From: Ilumatobacteraceae bacterium
Lineage (GTDB): Bacteria; Actinomycetota; Acidimicrobiia; Acidimicrobiales; Ilumatobacteraceae
Length of the DNA stretch: 64,000 nt
Direction of reading: 5' to 3'
Assembly (NCBI GenBank): GCA_963810675.1
Contig: CAWEOL010000014.1
Location: 155,689-219,688 of the forward strand
In this document: piece after piece, positions 29,669-40,270 of the stretch
How positions within the stretch are numbered: position 1 is the stretch's first letter
Layout of the letters: the number at the start of each line of letters is the position of its first letter
Made by a program: the position numbers and the translations under genes
Notes under the pieces: generated by a model
The model's database searches: none
The model's input: the letters and a program-made list of their open reading frames with translations, nothing else
Told to the model about the DNA's origin: nothing

Positions 29669-30107
29669 ATGGACGTCACCGCGTCGCTCGAGGCGCCGTG
29701 CGCCGCCGAGGTGCTGTTCGAGCTTGATCGATGACCTGTCGACGTATCCGCAGTGGAACGGGTTGGTGCACAGTGCGGTGAGCGAGCCCGGCGACGAGCC
29801 GGCGTGGGACGTCGAGCTGCGAGCACGGCTCGGTCCGTTGGCGAGGAGCAAACGATTGCGAATGGTCCGTACCCTGCGCGACGCCGAGGCGTTCGCGGTC
29901 ACCTTCGAACGCGATCAGGCAGACGGTCGCAATCATTCGCCATGGGTGCTCGGCGCAACGATCGTCGAACGAAGCGGGATCAGCACCCTGACCATGCACC
30001 TGCACTACGGCGGCTCGCTGTGGACCGGCGGGGCGCTCGAGCGGGTGCTGGCCGATCAGATCATCTCGGGTCGCGAGCGACTGTCTGCAGCTCGTGGCGA
30101 CCACGCA
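29669..30107 (+). pseudogene. SRPBCC (START/polyketide cyclase-like) family protein; frame change at ~29722, 3' end uncertain
   Basis: MDVTASLEAPCAAEVLFE (frame of ORF 29291..29734), then IDDLSTYPQWNGLVHSA...LTMHLHYGGSLWTGGALERVLADQI (ORF 29724..30269). A further shift would give a stop at ~30107. Confidence 0.6.
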
Positions 30108-30873
30108 CTGAATCGACCGTCGTCTCGACGCTCCAGTGTCAGCGGCATCCCGAAGCATTCGCTGAGGCTGGCCGAGGTCAGCGCCCGGCGATCGGGCCCG
30201 CAGGCCACGACCTTGCCCTCGCGGAGCATCAGTACGTGCGTCATGCCTGGCGGAACCTCGTCGAGGTGATGGGTCACCAGGATCAGCGGCGGTGCAGCCG
30301 GATCCGTGGTCAGTTCGGCCAGCGCCTGCACGAGTTGCTCGCGGCCACCGAGGTCGAGACGTGCGCTCGGTTCGTCGAGCAGCAGGACTGCCGGCTCGTT
30401 CATCAAGGTGCGGGCCAGCAGCACTCGCTGCTGCTCGCCCGACGATGTCGTTGCCAGCGGCCGTTCGGCCAGCCAGGCGACGCCCATCCGCTCGAGGCAG
30501 TGGTAGGGCTCGGAGCCTCGTCGGCCGTCGTCGTAGCGATGCCACCACGGCTCGAGCGCCGCGTACTTCGCAGTCATCACGATGTCGAGGCAGCGAAGCT
30601 CCGGGCGCAATTGCACCGCGAGCGACGGTGACATGTAGCCGATGCGACGGCGCAGCACGCGGACGTCGGTGCGCCCCAGCCGTTCACCCAGCACGCGCAC
30701 GTCGCCAGCTGGACGGGTGCTCGTACATCGCCGCGATGCTCAGCAGCGTGGTCTTGCCCGAGCCGTTGGCGCCCGAGCACCAACCATCGCTGGCCGGGCA
30801 TGACCTTCCACGTCAGCGGCGCCAGGATCGTGCGATCGTCGCGCACGAAGCTGACGTCGACGAGGCGCAACAC
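30056..30873 (-). pseudogene. ABC transporter ATP-binding protein; two extra bases (~30782, ~30717)
   Basis: LRLVDVSFVRDDRTILAPLTWKVMPGQRWLVLG, then ANGSGKTTLL (Walker A), then DVRVLGERLG...SSGEQQRVLLAR (signature), LLLLDEPSARLD (Walker B), VTHH. Start GTG 30873 is tentative. Confidence 0.75.
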
Positions 30874-30925
30874 CTCCGCGCGAAGGATCCTAATGACGAC
30901 ATGAAAATGTGACGATATCGCCACG

Positions 30926-32239
30926 GTGAGTAAGCCGATGCCGGTGAACGGCCAAATCCACTGGTACCCTCGCATCGGGATGCGTCGGATTCTGGTGATT
31001 GTGTGGGCGGTGTGCTTTTTCGCGCCGCTTGTCGGTCGACCACGGTCGGCCGCGCCGAAGACACCGAGGCCGAGAAGGCGGCCAAAGAGATCGCCGACGC
31101 CCGCGAACGAGCCAACGCCGCAGCCGACGCCTACTTCGCGTCGGAGTCGCGCATCGACCAGCTCGACGCTGCAGCAGAACCAGCTGCAGTCCGAGATCAC
31201 GGCGCTCGAGGGTGACGTCAAGGCGCTGCAACTTGGCCGTCGAGAACGTCGCCATCGGCCGTTACACCAGGTCGGGCAGCACCGGTGTGCCGTTGCTCAC
31301 CGGTTTCCAGTCGCCCGAGGACCCGATCAAGATCGATGCCCTGATGGAAGTGATCTACGACTCGTCGGCCAACGACTTCGACCGGTTCGACGCCCTCAAC
31401 GCCGACCTCGCCGACAAGCGGCTGAAGCTGGCCGACAAGAAGGAAGAGGCCGATCAAAGAGCGTGCCAATCTGGCGTCAGTTGAAAGACGCCGCAGTCCG
31501 CCGAGGTGCAGCGGTTGAAAGATGTCGAGGCCGATCGGCTGAAGGACGAGGCAGTCCGCACCGCGCTGATCGCCGAGCAGGCACGACGCAAACGCGAGAC
31601 GGATCGCAAGAGGCTGCTCAACGCCCCGACACCGACGTCCCGGCACCGGTCGATTCGGCGACCGTCGACACCGGTGCAGCCATCCGACAACGGCGGTGAT
31701 TCCGGGACGACGCGGCCGATCGCCGATCGGGCGCGGCGACGCGACCCTCGCTGCCCGAGCGGCGGCGGTGGCCAGACCGGTGGCGGTGGGAACGGCAGCT
31801 TCCCGGGCGGCGGTGGCAACGACTACGCCGGTCCCGGCTGGGTCTGTCCCACGGGAAGCTCGCCCGCACCGTTCGCCGACACGTGGGGAGCGCCGCGCAG
31901 CGGCGGTCGCCGGCACCAGGGCGTCGACATGATCGGTCAGCGAGGCATCCCGGTGCTTGCAGTCGTCGATGGCGTCGCCGAAGCCGAAGACCAACGTTCT
32001 CGGCGGCACCACGATCTGGTTCACCGGCGTCGACGGCAACAGTACTACTACGCCCACCTCGACGAGCTACGGCCAGCTCGGGGTCGGTCACGGCCGGCAC
32101 GCCGATCGGGTACCTCGGCCAGACGGGGAATGCGCAGTTCAGCATCGCCGCACCTCCACTTCGAGATCCATCCAGGCGGCGGCCCGCCGTCAACCCGTAC
32201 CCGACTGTCGCGGCCCACTGCCCCTCGTTCGCCGGCTGA
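30926..32239 (+). pseudogene. M23 family metallopeptidase with N-terminal coiled coil; at least 7 frame changes
   Basis: Pieces lie in all three frames: MRRILVIVWAVCFFAPL, EDTEAEKAAKEIADARERANAAADAYF, LQQNQLQSEITALEGDVKAL, AVENVAIGRYTRSG...ADKRLKLADKKEEA. The remaining pieces are [83 protein letters not shown] and AVNPYP. Confidence 0.7.
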
Positions 32240-33181
32240 TGACCGATGACCTCGTCGAGGGGCTGGCAGTCGTTCTCGGGTGCTGCCGAGATCACCAATC
32301 TGACCGATCTGTCGGGTGGCGCTTCGCGCGAAACGTGGCGGTTCGAGGCCGACGGCCGACCACTGATCCTGCAACGTCAGCGTGACGGCGACGTTCGCGA
32401 CATGGCCGACCGAGGTCGCCGCCATCCGCGCCGCCGGCAGTGCCGGGGTTCGGACTGCCACGCATCGTGACGGCGTCGACGGATCCCGCCGACCTCGGCG
32501 GCGCGTACATGATCCTGAGGCACGTCGCCGGCGAGACGACACCCCGCAAGATCCTGCGTGAGAGCGTCTACGAGCACGCCCGACGGGCGCTGCCCGACGC
32601 AGCTCGCGCGATGCGCTTGTCAGGATTCACAACATCGATCCGGCGACCATCCCCGGCCTCGTCGACACCGATCAGGTCGACCACTATCGCGAGGTGCTCG
32701 ACACCCTCGGCCAACCGCATCCGACGTTCGAGCTGGCGTTGCGCTGGCTCGACGTCAATCGGCCACCGACCAGTTGGCAGCGTCGTGGTGCACGGCGACT
32801 TTCGCCTCGGCAACCTGATCGTCGGTGCCGACGGACTGCGGGCGGTCTTGGATTGGGAACTCGTGCACATCGGCGACCCGATGGAGGATCTGGGCTGGCT
32901 GTGTGTCAAGGCCTGGCGATTCGGGTCACCCGAGCCGGTCGCCGGGCTCGCGGATACGAGCGCTGTTCGCTGCGTACGAGGCTGCCGGCGGCGGCCCGGT
33001 CGACCGCGAGATCGTTCGCTGGTGGGAGGTGTTCGGCACGCTCAAATGGGGGATCATCTGCATCATGCAGGCCAACGTCCATCTCACCGGCGTGACGCGC
33101 AGCCACGAGCTGGCCGCCATCGGCCGACGGGTCTGCGAGAACGAACACGATCTGTTCCTGGCGCTCGAGGGTCATTGGTGA
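32239..33181 (+). pseudogene. aminoglycoside/choline-kinase-type phosphotransferase (APH) family protein; at least 6 frame changes
   Basis: [75 protein letters not shown] and DHYREVLDTLGQPHPTFELALRWL. Also VVVHGDFRLGNLIV..LDWELVHIGDPMEDLGW and FAAYEAAGGGPVDREIVRWWEVFGTLKWG. The ATG overlaps the upstream TGA. Confidence 0.7.
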
Positions 33182-33522
33182 ACCCTCACGACGTTCCCTC
33201 GATCGGCCAGCTCGTCGAGTCGGTCCGCGAGTGGCTGCAAACCGACTTGTTATCGGCGACAGAAGGTCGCTTGCAGTTCAACACCCGTGTGGCGATCAAC
33301 GTGCTGGCGATCGTCGAACGCGAGTTGGTGCTGGGGGCAGCACACGAGGCGGCCCACCTCGAGCGGCTGCGGTCGCTCGGCGTTGCCGACGATGCATCGC
33401 TCGCCGCAGCGATCAGGGCAGGTGAGTTCGACGATCGGCTTGCCGAGGTGCGCGCCGTGGTCTGGCAATCAGTTCGCGACAAGCTGGCAGTCGCCAACCC
33501 CAAGTACCTGACGTCACCGTGA
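33178..33522 (+). CDS. DUF6285-like protein (usual partner of the APH-family gene)
   Basis: GTG 33178 overlaps the APH stop (GTGA). PSIGQLVESVREWLQTDLLSATEGRLQFNTRVAINVLAIVERELVLG. Confidence 0.65.
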   Translation: MNPHDVPSIGQLVESVREWLQTDLLSATEGRLQFNTRVAINVLAIVERELVLGAAHEAAHLERLRSLGVADDASLAAAIRAGEFDDRLAEVRAVVWQSVRDKLAVANPKYLTSP

Positions 33523-34559
33523 CGGGCCGATCGTCACCGGTTGACCGGCGGCCAACTGGCCACAGGCGGCATCGATGTCGGTGCCCCGATTTCGGCGCAC
33601 TGTCGCGTTGACATTCCAACGACTCGAGCGTGTCACGGAACTCGTGAACCCGCCTCAGCGGCGAACCCACGGTCGGGTAACCCGGCGTCGGGTTGAGCGG
33701 AATCAGGTTGACGTGCGCCGGTAAACGGAATTGACGGCACAGGGTGGCGAGCTCGGCGGCATCGCCGGGGCGGTCGTTGACGCCGTCGATCATCGCCCAT
33801 TCGAAGCTCAGCCGTCGCCCCTTCACGGCCAGATAGTCGGCGCAAGCGGCCATCAGACCGTCGATGGGATAGCGCTTGTTGATCGGAACCAGCTCGTCGC
33901 GCAGTCGATCGTTGGCGGCGTGCAACGACACGGCGAGGTTGACGGGGAGTGGCCGTTCGGTGAGGCGGCGGATTCCTGGCACCAGGCCCACGGTCGAGAT
34001 CGTCAACTTCCGCGCCGACAGGCCGATGTCGGTGTGCATCCGCTCGACCGATTCCCAGACGACGGTTTCGTTGGCCAACGGCTCACCCATCCCCATGAAG
34101 ACGACGTTGCCGAGCCGTCGGTGCATCGAGCGGGCCTCGCGGGCAGCCATGGCGACCTGTTCGACGATCTCGCCCACCGTGAGATGGCGCGTGAAGCCGG
34201 CCTGCCCCGTGGCGCAGAAGCCGCACCCCATGGCACATCCGACCTGGCTGCTGATGCACACCGTGACGCGATCGGGATACACCATCAAGACGGTCTCGAT
34301 TCGCTTGCCGTCGTGCAGCTCCCACAGGTACTTCACCGTGTCGCCACCGTCGCTCACCCTTCGAGCGACGACGTGCAGGGCCGGGGTCAGCTGCTCGGCC
34401 AACGTCACCCGCAGGTGCCTTGGGCAGGTTGGTCATCTCCGCCGGGGTCGAGTAGTGCTGGTACAACCCCTGCCAGATCTGATCGACGCGGTACCTCGGC
34501 TCACCCGTCAACAGTTCGGCCAGCTCGTCGCGGCTCAGTTGGTACAACGACGGCATCAC
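33514..34559 (-). pseudogene. rlmN: 23S rRNA (adenine2503-C2)-methyltransferase, radical SAM; frame changes at ~34415 and ~33610
   Basis: MMPSLYQLSRDELAELLTGEPRYRVDQIWQGLY, then VCISSQVGCAMGCGFCATGQ (CxxxCxxC), GMGEPLAN, then a C-terminal NVNATVRRNRGTDIDAACGQL in a third frame. Confidence 0.85.
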
Positions 34560-36373
34560 GCGTTTGATGTCAGTTCAGGGGCGGCCAGCGCCGTGTATTG
34601 GTCGATGTGGCCGCGCAACACATCGAGACTCGCCGTCCAGAACGACTGATCCGTGACGTCGAACCCGAAGTCGGCGCCGAGCTCTTCGGCGGAGTTCATG
34701 CCGGCACGCGACAGAACGTCGTCGTACGACTGCTGGAAGTGCTGGGGGTCTTCGCGGTACTTGACGAACAGGCCGAGCCCGAACAGGAATCCGTACGTGT
34801 ACGGCCAGTTGTAGAAGTGGGATCCGTAGTAGTGCGGCTTCACGGCCCACATGTAGGGATGCGCAGTCGACTGATCGAGCCCATCTCCATAGGCGTCGGC
34901 CTGCGCCGCCAGCATGATCTCGTTGAACTCCGAGATCCCGATGGTGCGGCGCTGGCGGCGTGCCATGACCTCGGTCTCGAAGATGAGCCGGCTACGGATG
35001 TCGACCACGGTCTGCACCGCATTGAGCAGGTTGACATCGAGCAGGGCCAGCCGCTCGCGACCGGCGAGGTAGGACAATCCTTCTTCGACCACCAGCGTCT
35101 CGCAGAAGATGCTCGCCGTTTCGGCCAACGCCATCGGCAAGCGCCGCTGCAGCGCGGTGCGCTGGGCGAGTTGGGTGTTGTGGTACGCGTGCCCGAGCTC
35201 GTGCGCGGTCGTCTGCGCAGAATCAACGCTTCCGCTCCAGTTGAGAAAGACCAGCGAGCGGTCTTCGACGAACGGCATGCAGAAGGCCCCGCCACGCTTG
35301 CCGGCGCGAGGACCGGCGTCGATCCATTGCTCGTCGACAGCGCGATCGACAAGCCCGCCCAGACGCGGGCTGTACGACCGGAACGCCTCGCGGACGACGC
35401 CGAGACCGTCCGTCCACGAGATCGCACTCGGTGCGAAGGGCAGCGGCGCAGACAGGTCGTACCACGGAAGCGCTCCGGGGCGTCCATGCAGCCGAGCCTT
35501 GGCATGCATCCATCGGCGGAAGTCTGGAAGCGACGAGTCGACCGCCGCCTGCATGGCGTCGAACGTCGCCCGGCTGACGTTGTTGGCGAACAACGAAGCG
35601 TCGATCGGGCTGCTCCAATGCCGTCGACGGTTGATGACGTTGGCCTCACCTTTCACCGCATTCAGCGCCGCTGCGCAGGCCAGAGCCACCGTCGGCCAGG
35701 CACGCATCTCGGCTTGGTGGGCGGCCTGGCGGACGTTCGGATCGGCGTCGGTCGCCAGACCGCGGATCGCAGCCATCGGCAACGTCTGGGCACCACCAGG
35801 AAGTTCGACAACTTCGCTGAGTTGTGAGGTGACGTCGGCGTGCAACCGCTCCCAGGCCGTCGAACCCGTCGTGCTGAGCTCGGCGTAGAGACCTTCCTCG
35901 GACTCGGCCATCTGGTGGGCGGCCCGCGCCGCGAGGATGTTGAGGGGCCCGCGATGCTCGGCGACTTCGGAACTGACGCCCGCCAGAGCATCGACGCCGA
36001 GTGAGCTGACCCAATCGGCGAGGCGGGCGATGAGCGGTAGTTGCTGTGAATCGACGACATCGAGCTCGCTGGCCAAGCCCTGGGCGGTCTCGTTGAAGCT
36101 GTCGGTGGTGACCGTGGCATAGATGTATGCGGCCATCTCGTTGGTACGCATCTGGGTCTCGTTGACCGCGCGTATGACAGCGTCTGCGACCCGGCCGTCG
36201 GTCTCGCTGACCGGGCGAGTCTCGCATCGGCGAATGTCGAGCTCGTCGAACAGGGCAGTCAGTCGAGTGCAGTCTGCGGCGACCTGTTCGAGAGCGTCGA
36301 CGAACGAGCGTGACTCGAACGATTCGTGCACGTCGGACACGTTCCAGCGAGGAAGCGTCTCGGTGTCGTTCAT
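34556..36373 (-). CDS. M3 family oligoendopeptidase (PepF-like)
   Basis: 605-aa intact ORF with the HELGHAYH zinc motif. Its stop overlaps the rlmN start (ATGA). Confidence 0.85.
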   Translation of the reverse strand: MNDTETLPRWNVSDVHESFESRSFVDALEQVAADCTRLTALFDELDIRRCETRPVSETDGRVADAVIRAVNETQMRTNEMAAYIYATVTTDSFNETAQGLASELDVVDSQQLPLIARLADWVSSLGVDALAGVSSEVAEHRGPLNILAARAAHQMAESEEGLYAELSTTGSTAWERLHADVTSQLSEVVELPGGAQTLPMAAIRGLATDADPNVRQAAHQAEMRAWPTVALACAAALNAVKGEANVINRRRHWSSPIDASLFANNVSRATFDAMQAAVDSSLPDFRRWMHAKARLHGRPGALPWYDLSAPLPFAPSAISWTDGLGVVREAFRSYSPRLGGLVDRAVDEQWIDAGPRAGKRGGAFCMPFVEDRSLVFLNWSGSVDSAQTTAHELGHAYHNTQLAQRTALQRRLPMALAETASIFCETLVVEEGLSYLAGRERLALLDVNLLNAVQTVVDIRSRLIFETEVMARRQRRTIGISEFNEIMLAAQADAYGDGLDQSTAHPYMWAVKPHYYGSHFYNWPYTYGFLFGLGLFVKYREDPQHFQQSYDDVLSRAGMNSAEELGADFGFDVTDQSFWTASLDVLRGHIDQYTALAAPELTSNA

Positions 36374-37314
36374 GGTTGTACTGCGGTCATGATTGCGCTC
36401 CGCTGATATGTCGCGTCGGCTACGTGGCCGACGTAAGCGTTGTCGGTGTGATGAATCGAGAATCCGAGTCGCTCGTAGAGCGAGTGGGCCGCCGTGTTCG
36501 AAGCGTCGACGTGCAACATGCCGACGGTCAAGCCCCGATCGGCGAGGTGGGTGAGGCCGGCGACGGTCAAGGCGCGGCCGAGTCCGAGGCCGTGAAACTG
36601 CGGATCGACGGCGATGACATAGATCTCACCCATCGGCGGGGTGGTGTCGCTGTGCACCTTCGTCCAGCAGAATGCGGCTAGCCGACCGTCGCGCTCGTGG
36701 AGCCGAAAACCGGCCGGGTCGAACCATGCCTCGGCCTGACGTTGCCGCAAGGTGTCGGTGGTCCAGCCGCCCTGCTCGGGATGGTCGTGGAACGCGGCGT
36801 TGTTGACCCGCAACCATTCGGGCTCGTCGTGCCCGACGACGAAGGCCCGCGTATCGACCGATGTCGTCTCGCCGATCGGCAACGTCCGGCGCATCTGCAT
36901 GAGGCGCCGCCCCAGGGTCAAGCCGACCTCGGCGGCGATCGCGTCGGCGACGGGCTGGGGACGGTGGACCCACCAGTGAACCGTTCCTCCGCCATCGGCG
37001 GCCACCGAGGCCAATGCGGCTCGAAGCAGTTGAGGTGCAAGATCCGGTGCGCCTGCCCGGTGATCGGGAGCGATCACCAGCTCGATCGTCGTCGACAGGT
37101 TGGCCCTGGCAAGCTGGGCGTAGCCAAGGATCCGGTCGCCCTGGTCGATCGCCAGCATCGCCGCGAACCCCGCACCCCGGCGCTCGAGGAGCTCGAGCCG
37201 CAGATGGTCGGACAGCGGGCGAAATCCGTCGTGATCGGCTGCGTCGGCAAGGAACCGCTCGACGAGGTCGAACTCGTCGTCGTCGAGCTCTCGGCGGGTC
37301 TCGATGCGCCACAT
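36370..37314 (-). CDS. mshD: mycothiol synthase (tandem GNAT acetyltransferase)
   Basis: 314 aa with two GNAT halves: FRPLSDHLRLEL..., FCWTKVH...GEIYVIAVDPQFHGLGLGRALT, SLYERLGF. Confidence 0.8.
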   Translation of the reverse strand: MWRIETRRELDDDEFDLVERFLADAADHDGFRPLSDHLRLELLERRGAGFAAMLAIDQGDRILGYAQLARANLSTTIELVIAPDHRAGAPDLAPQLLRAALASVAADGGGTVHWWVHRPQPVADAIAAEVGLTLGRRLMQMRRTLPIGETTSVDTRAFVVGHDEPEWLRVNNAAFHDHPEQGGWTTDTLRQRQAEAWFDPAGFRLHERDGRLAAFCWTKVHSDTTPPMGEIYVIAVDPQFHGLGLGRALTVAGLTHLADRGLTVGMLHVDASNTAAHSLYERLGFSIHHTDNAYVGHVADATYQRSAIMTAVQP

Positions 37315-37353
37315 GCTCGCTCAGCCTATTGCCAGCCCGCCGCGGCAGCGCCC

Positions 37354-37446
37354 TGGGCGCGGTGTGAGCGTTGGGAGTTCCGGAATCGCGCCCGCGCAGT
37401 GGGCGTGGGCGCGGTGTGAGCGCTGGGAGTTCCGGAATCGCGCCCG
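37354..37446. repeat. two 41-bp direct repeats (1 mismatch, 52-bp period), each a GGGCGCG...CGCGCCC stem-loop
   Basis: 37354..37394 and 37406..37446: TGGGCGCGGTGTGAGCG(T/C)TGGGAGTTCCGGAATCGCGCCCG. They lie in the divergent mshD/nth intergenic region. Confidence 0.9.
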
Positions 37447-37507
37447 AGGGACAGCGGGTCGGCAGGTCGACCTCGATTGACCAGACCCCAGTGAATAGTG
37501 TCGACGC

Positions 37508-38170
37508 ATGGGAACGCCGCGCACACCCAAGGGTCGAGCAGTCGAAGTTGCCCGTCGCCTCGCAGTTGCCTACCCCGACGCTGTGTGCGAGCTCGACCAC
37601 ACCAACGCGTTCGAACTGCTTGCGGCAACCATCCTGTCGGCGCAGTGCACGGACGCTCGGGTCAACATGGTCACGCCCGAGTTGTTCGGTCGATACCCGA
37701 AGCCCGACGACCTTGCCGCGGCCAATCCTGCCGACGTGGAGGACATCATCCGCTCGACAGGGTTCTACCAGAACAAGACCAGGAGCCTGATCGGGATGGC
37801 CCAGGGACTGCTCGATCGATTCGACGGCGAGGTGCCGACCGGACTCGACGATCTGGTGACACTTCCGGGTGTCGGCCGCAAGACCGGCAACGTCGTGCGC
37901 AGCGTGGCGTTCGGCCTCCCCGGCCTACCGGTCGACACGCACGTCGGGCGGCTGTCGAAGCGCCTGGGACTCAGTGAGCTCGATGACCCGGTGAAACTGG
38001 AGCTGCAGCTGAACTCGTTCCTGCCACGGTCCGAGTGGGGCCCGTTCAGTTTGCGGATGATCCTTCACGGTCGCCGGGTGTGCGACGCGAAGAAGCCGCG
38101 GTGCGCCGAATGCACGCTCGAAGACATCTGTCCGTCGTCGTTGGTCCCGCGCCGAGCGTCACGAAAGTAG
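37508..38170 (+). CDS. nth: endonuclease III
   Basis: LLAATILSAQCTD, LPGVGRKTGNVV (HhH-GPD), and the Fe-S cluster motif CDAKKPRCAECTLEDIC. Confidence 0.9.
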   Translation: MGTPRTPKGRAVEVARRLAVAYPDAVCELDHTNAFELLAATILSAQCTDARVNMVTPELFGRYPKPDDLAAANPADVEDIIRSTGFYQNKTRSLIGMAQGLLDRFDGEVPTGLDDLVTLPGVGRKTGNVVRSVAFGLPGLPVDTHVGRLSKRLGLSELDDPVKLELQLNSFLPRSEWGPFSLRMILHGRRVCDAKKPRCAECTLEDICPSSLVPRRASRK

Positions 38171-38295
38171 CCAGATATTCACGCAGTGTGGCCGCTTGCG
38201 CAGAGTTCGAATCGGAGTATAGTGACCGTACCAACCAGGTTCCCGCCACCTGGTTTGCGGGCGATGCCGGGATCCGCCGCCTGGCATTGCAGAGT

Positions 38296-38320
38296 GACGG
38301 CCCCGTTTCACGGGGCCGTC
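38296..38320. terminator. GC-rich hairpin between nth and a convergent small ORF
   Basis: GACGGCCCCG-TTTCA-CGGGGCCGTC, 10-bp stem. Confidence 0.45.
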
Positions 38321-38348
38321 GCCGCGTCTTCGCCAATGTTTCGGCGGC

Positions 38349-38543
38349 TCAGCCAGCCAACTTGAGTGCTCGGCGCAACAGCCGCTCGGCATTGCGCAGC
38401 CCCTGTTCGGCCTCGCCCACCGCGGCCCGCAGATCCTCGCGCCCGGCAGGGATTCCCAGGGGGCCGACCTCTGCGAGCTGTTGCCGATATCGCTCTACGT
38501 GTTCGGCGATGACCGCCAGTGTTGCCGCGACGGGGTCGTTCAT
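38349..38543 (-). CDS. hypothetical small helical protein
   Basis: 64-aa ORF with coding-like composition. No motif recognised. Confidence 0.35.
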   Translation of the reverse strand: MNDPVAATLAVIAEHVERYRQQLAEVGPLGIPAGREDLRAAVGEAEQGLRNAERLLRRALKLAG

Positions 38544-38617
38544 GGCGCAAGTCTGGCGCGTGCGGAGATGAAATCAAGGCTCACTCGTTGTCGGAGCGGT
38601 CGATATCGTGACCGCCT

Positions 38618-39679
38618 GTGCATACCGTGTCAGTTCGCGACGACTTGCGAGCCCTCGAGGGCTATCACTCGCCACAAGTCGACGTGCGCGTCAGGCTCAA
38701 CACAAACGAGGCGCCGTCGCCGCCGCCCGCGGCGTGGCGCGACGCGTTCGCCGCCGAGTTGTCGCGGGTTGAATGGCATCGCTACCCCGACCGCAGCGCC
38801 TCGGCACTTCGCGCCGCGATCGCCGATTTTCACCACGTGCGCCCCGACCAGGTGTTCGCAGCCAACGGGTCGAACGAGGTGTTGCAGACCCTGCTGCTGG
38901 CCTATGCCGGCCCGGGACGACAGGTGGCCACGTTCGAACCCACCTACCAGCTCCACGGTCACATCGCTCGGCTCACCGGCGCAGCGGTGATCGAGGGCGA
39001 ACGAGGGCCCGACTTCCGCCTCGACGTCGAGTCCGCGATCGAGCTCATCAGCCGGCACAGACCGGATGTCACCTTCCTGTGCTCGCCGAACAACCCCACG
39101 GGTTTGGTCGAGCCGGCCGCCAACGTGCACTCGGTGCTTGCTGCACTGCCGGGCCTGCTCGTGGTTGACGAGGCCTACGCACAATTCGCCGATTGGACAG
39201 CCCTGACCCTGATCGACGAGTCGACAGCACTGGTCGTCACTCGGACGTTTTCGAAGACATGGTCGATGGCCGCGAGCCGCTTGGGCTACCTCGTCGGTCC
39301 CTCATGGCTTGTCGCCGAGCTCGACAAGGTCGCCCTGCCATATCACCTCGACACGGCCAAGCAGATCGCCGGCCGGTTGGCGCTGCAGTTCACCGACGAG
39401 ATGGATGCCCGCGTGAAGCTGATCGTCGCCGAACGCGAACGCATCTCGGCGACCCTCGCCGGCCTGCCCGTCGACGTCTTCCCCAGTGGCGCCAACTTCA
39501 TCCTCTTCCGACCGTGCGGCCGATCCGGTCGGCAGACGTGGCAAGAACTGCTCGACCGCAGCATCCTGATCCGCGACTGCTCCGGCTGGCCACGCCTGAC
39601 GGACTGCCTGCGGGTCACCGTCGGCACCGGCGACGAGAACGACGAGTTCCTGACAGCGATCACGGAGATCCTGCGATGA
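38618..39679 (+). CDS. hisC: histidinol-phosphate aminotransferase
   Basis: LEGYHSPQ, LNTNEAP, NGSNEVLQ, CSPNNPTG, VVDEAYAQF, TFSKTWSMA (PLP Lys). Confidence 0.9.
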   Translation: MHTVSVRDDLRALEGYHSPQVDVRVRLNTNEAPSPPPAAWRDAFAAELSRVEWHRYPDRSASALRAAIADFHHVRPDQVFAANGSNEVLQTLLLAYAGPGRQVATFEPTYQLHGHIARLTGAAVIEGERGPDFRLDVESAIELISRHRPDVTFLCSPNNPTGLVEPAANVHSVLAALPGLLVVDEAYAQFADWTALTLIDESTALVVTRTFSKTWSMAASRLGYLVGPSWLVAELDKVALPYHLDTAKQIAGRLALQFTDEMDARVKLIVAERERISATLAGLPVDVFPSGANFILFRPCGRSGRQTWQELLDRSILIRDCSGWPRLTDCLRVTVGTGDENDEFLTAITEILR

Positions 39680-40266
39680 CCCGGTCGGCCACGGTGCACA
39701 GGGCGACCAACGAGACCTCGATCGATCTGACCATCGAGCTCGACGGTACGGGCGCGACCGAGATCTCGACAGGGATCCCGTTCTACGACCACATGCTCGA
39801 CCAGGTCGGCAAGCATGGCGGGTTCGACCTACGAATCGCCGCTACCGGCGACCTGCACATCGACACGCATCACACCATCGAAGATGTCGCCATCGCACTC
39901 GGCCAAGCCTTCCGGCAGGCGCTCGGCGACAAGTCGGGTGTACGTCGGTTCGCCAGCGGCCTCTATCCACTCGACGAAGCGCTCGTCGAAGTGGCCCTCG
40001 ATCTGTCCGGCCGACCGTACGTGGTCTGGGAGGTCGAACTTCCCGAATGCCTACCTCTCGGCACGCCCGCCTTCGACCCGCAACTCGCCGAGCACGCTGT
40101 CACCTCGTTTGCCACTGCCGCCAACATCACTCTGCACGTCACGCTGCGGCGCGGTCGCAACGTTCACCACATCATCGAGGCAGTGTTCAAGGGTCTGGCC
40201 AGGTGCCTTCGCGAGGCGGTGCGGGTCGAGAGCGCCCAGGTTCCTTCGACGAAGGGTGTGCTGTAG
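39676..40266 (+). CDS. hisB: imidazoleglycerol-phosphate dehydratase
   Basis: ATGA overlap with hisC. RATNETSIDLTIELDG, GIPFYDHMLDQ, DTHHTIEDVAIALG, NVHHIIEAVFKG. Confidence 0.92.
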   Translation: MTRSATVHRATNETSIDLTIELDGTGATEISTGIPFYDHMLDQVGKHGGFDLRIAATGDLHIDTHHTIEDVAIALGQAFRQALGDKSGVRRFASGLYPLDEALVEVALDLSGRPYVVWEVELPECLPLGTPAFDPQLAEHAVTSFATAANITLHVTLRRGRNVHHIIEAVFKGLARCLREAVRVESAQVPSTKGVL

Positions 40267-40270
40267 ACCG

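Noticed and set aside
38205-38260. tRNA-like T-loop (AGTTCGAATC) downstream of nth
   Set aside because: The flanking bases do not form a T-stem, and no acceptor or anticodon arms can be drawn.
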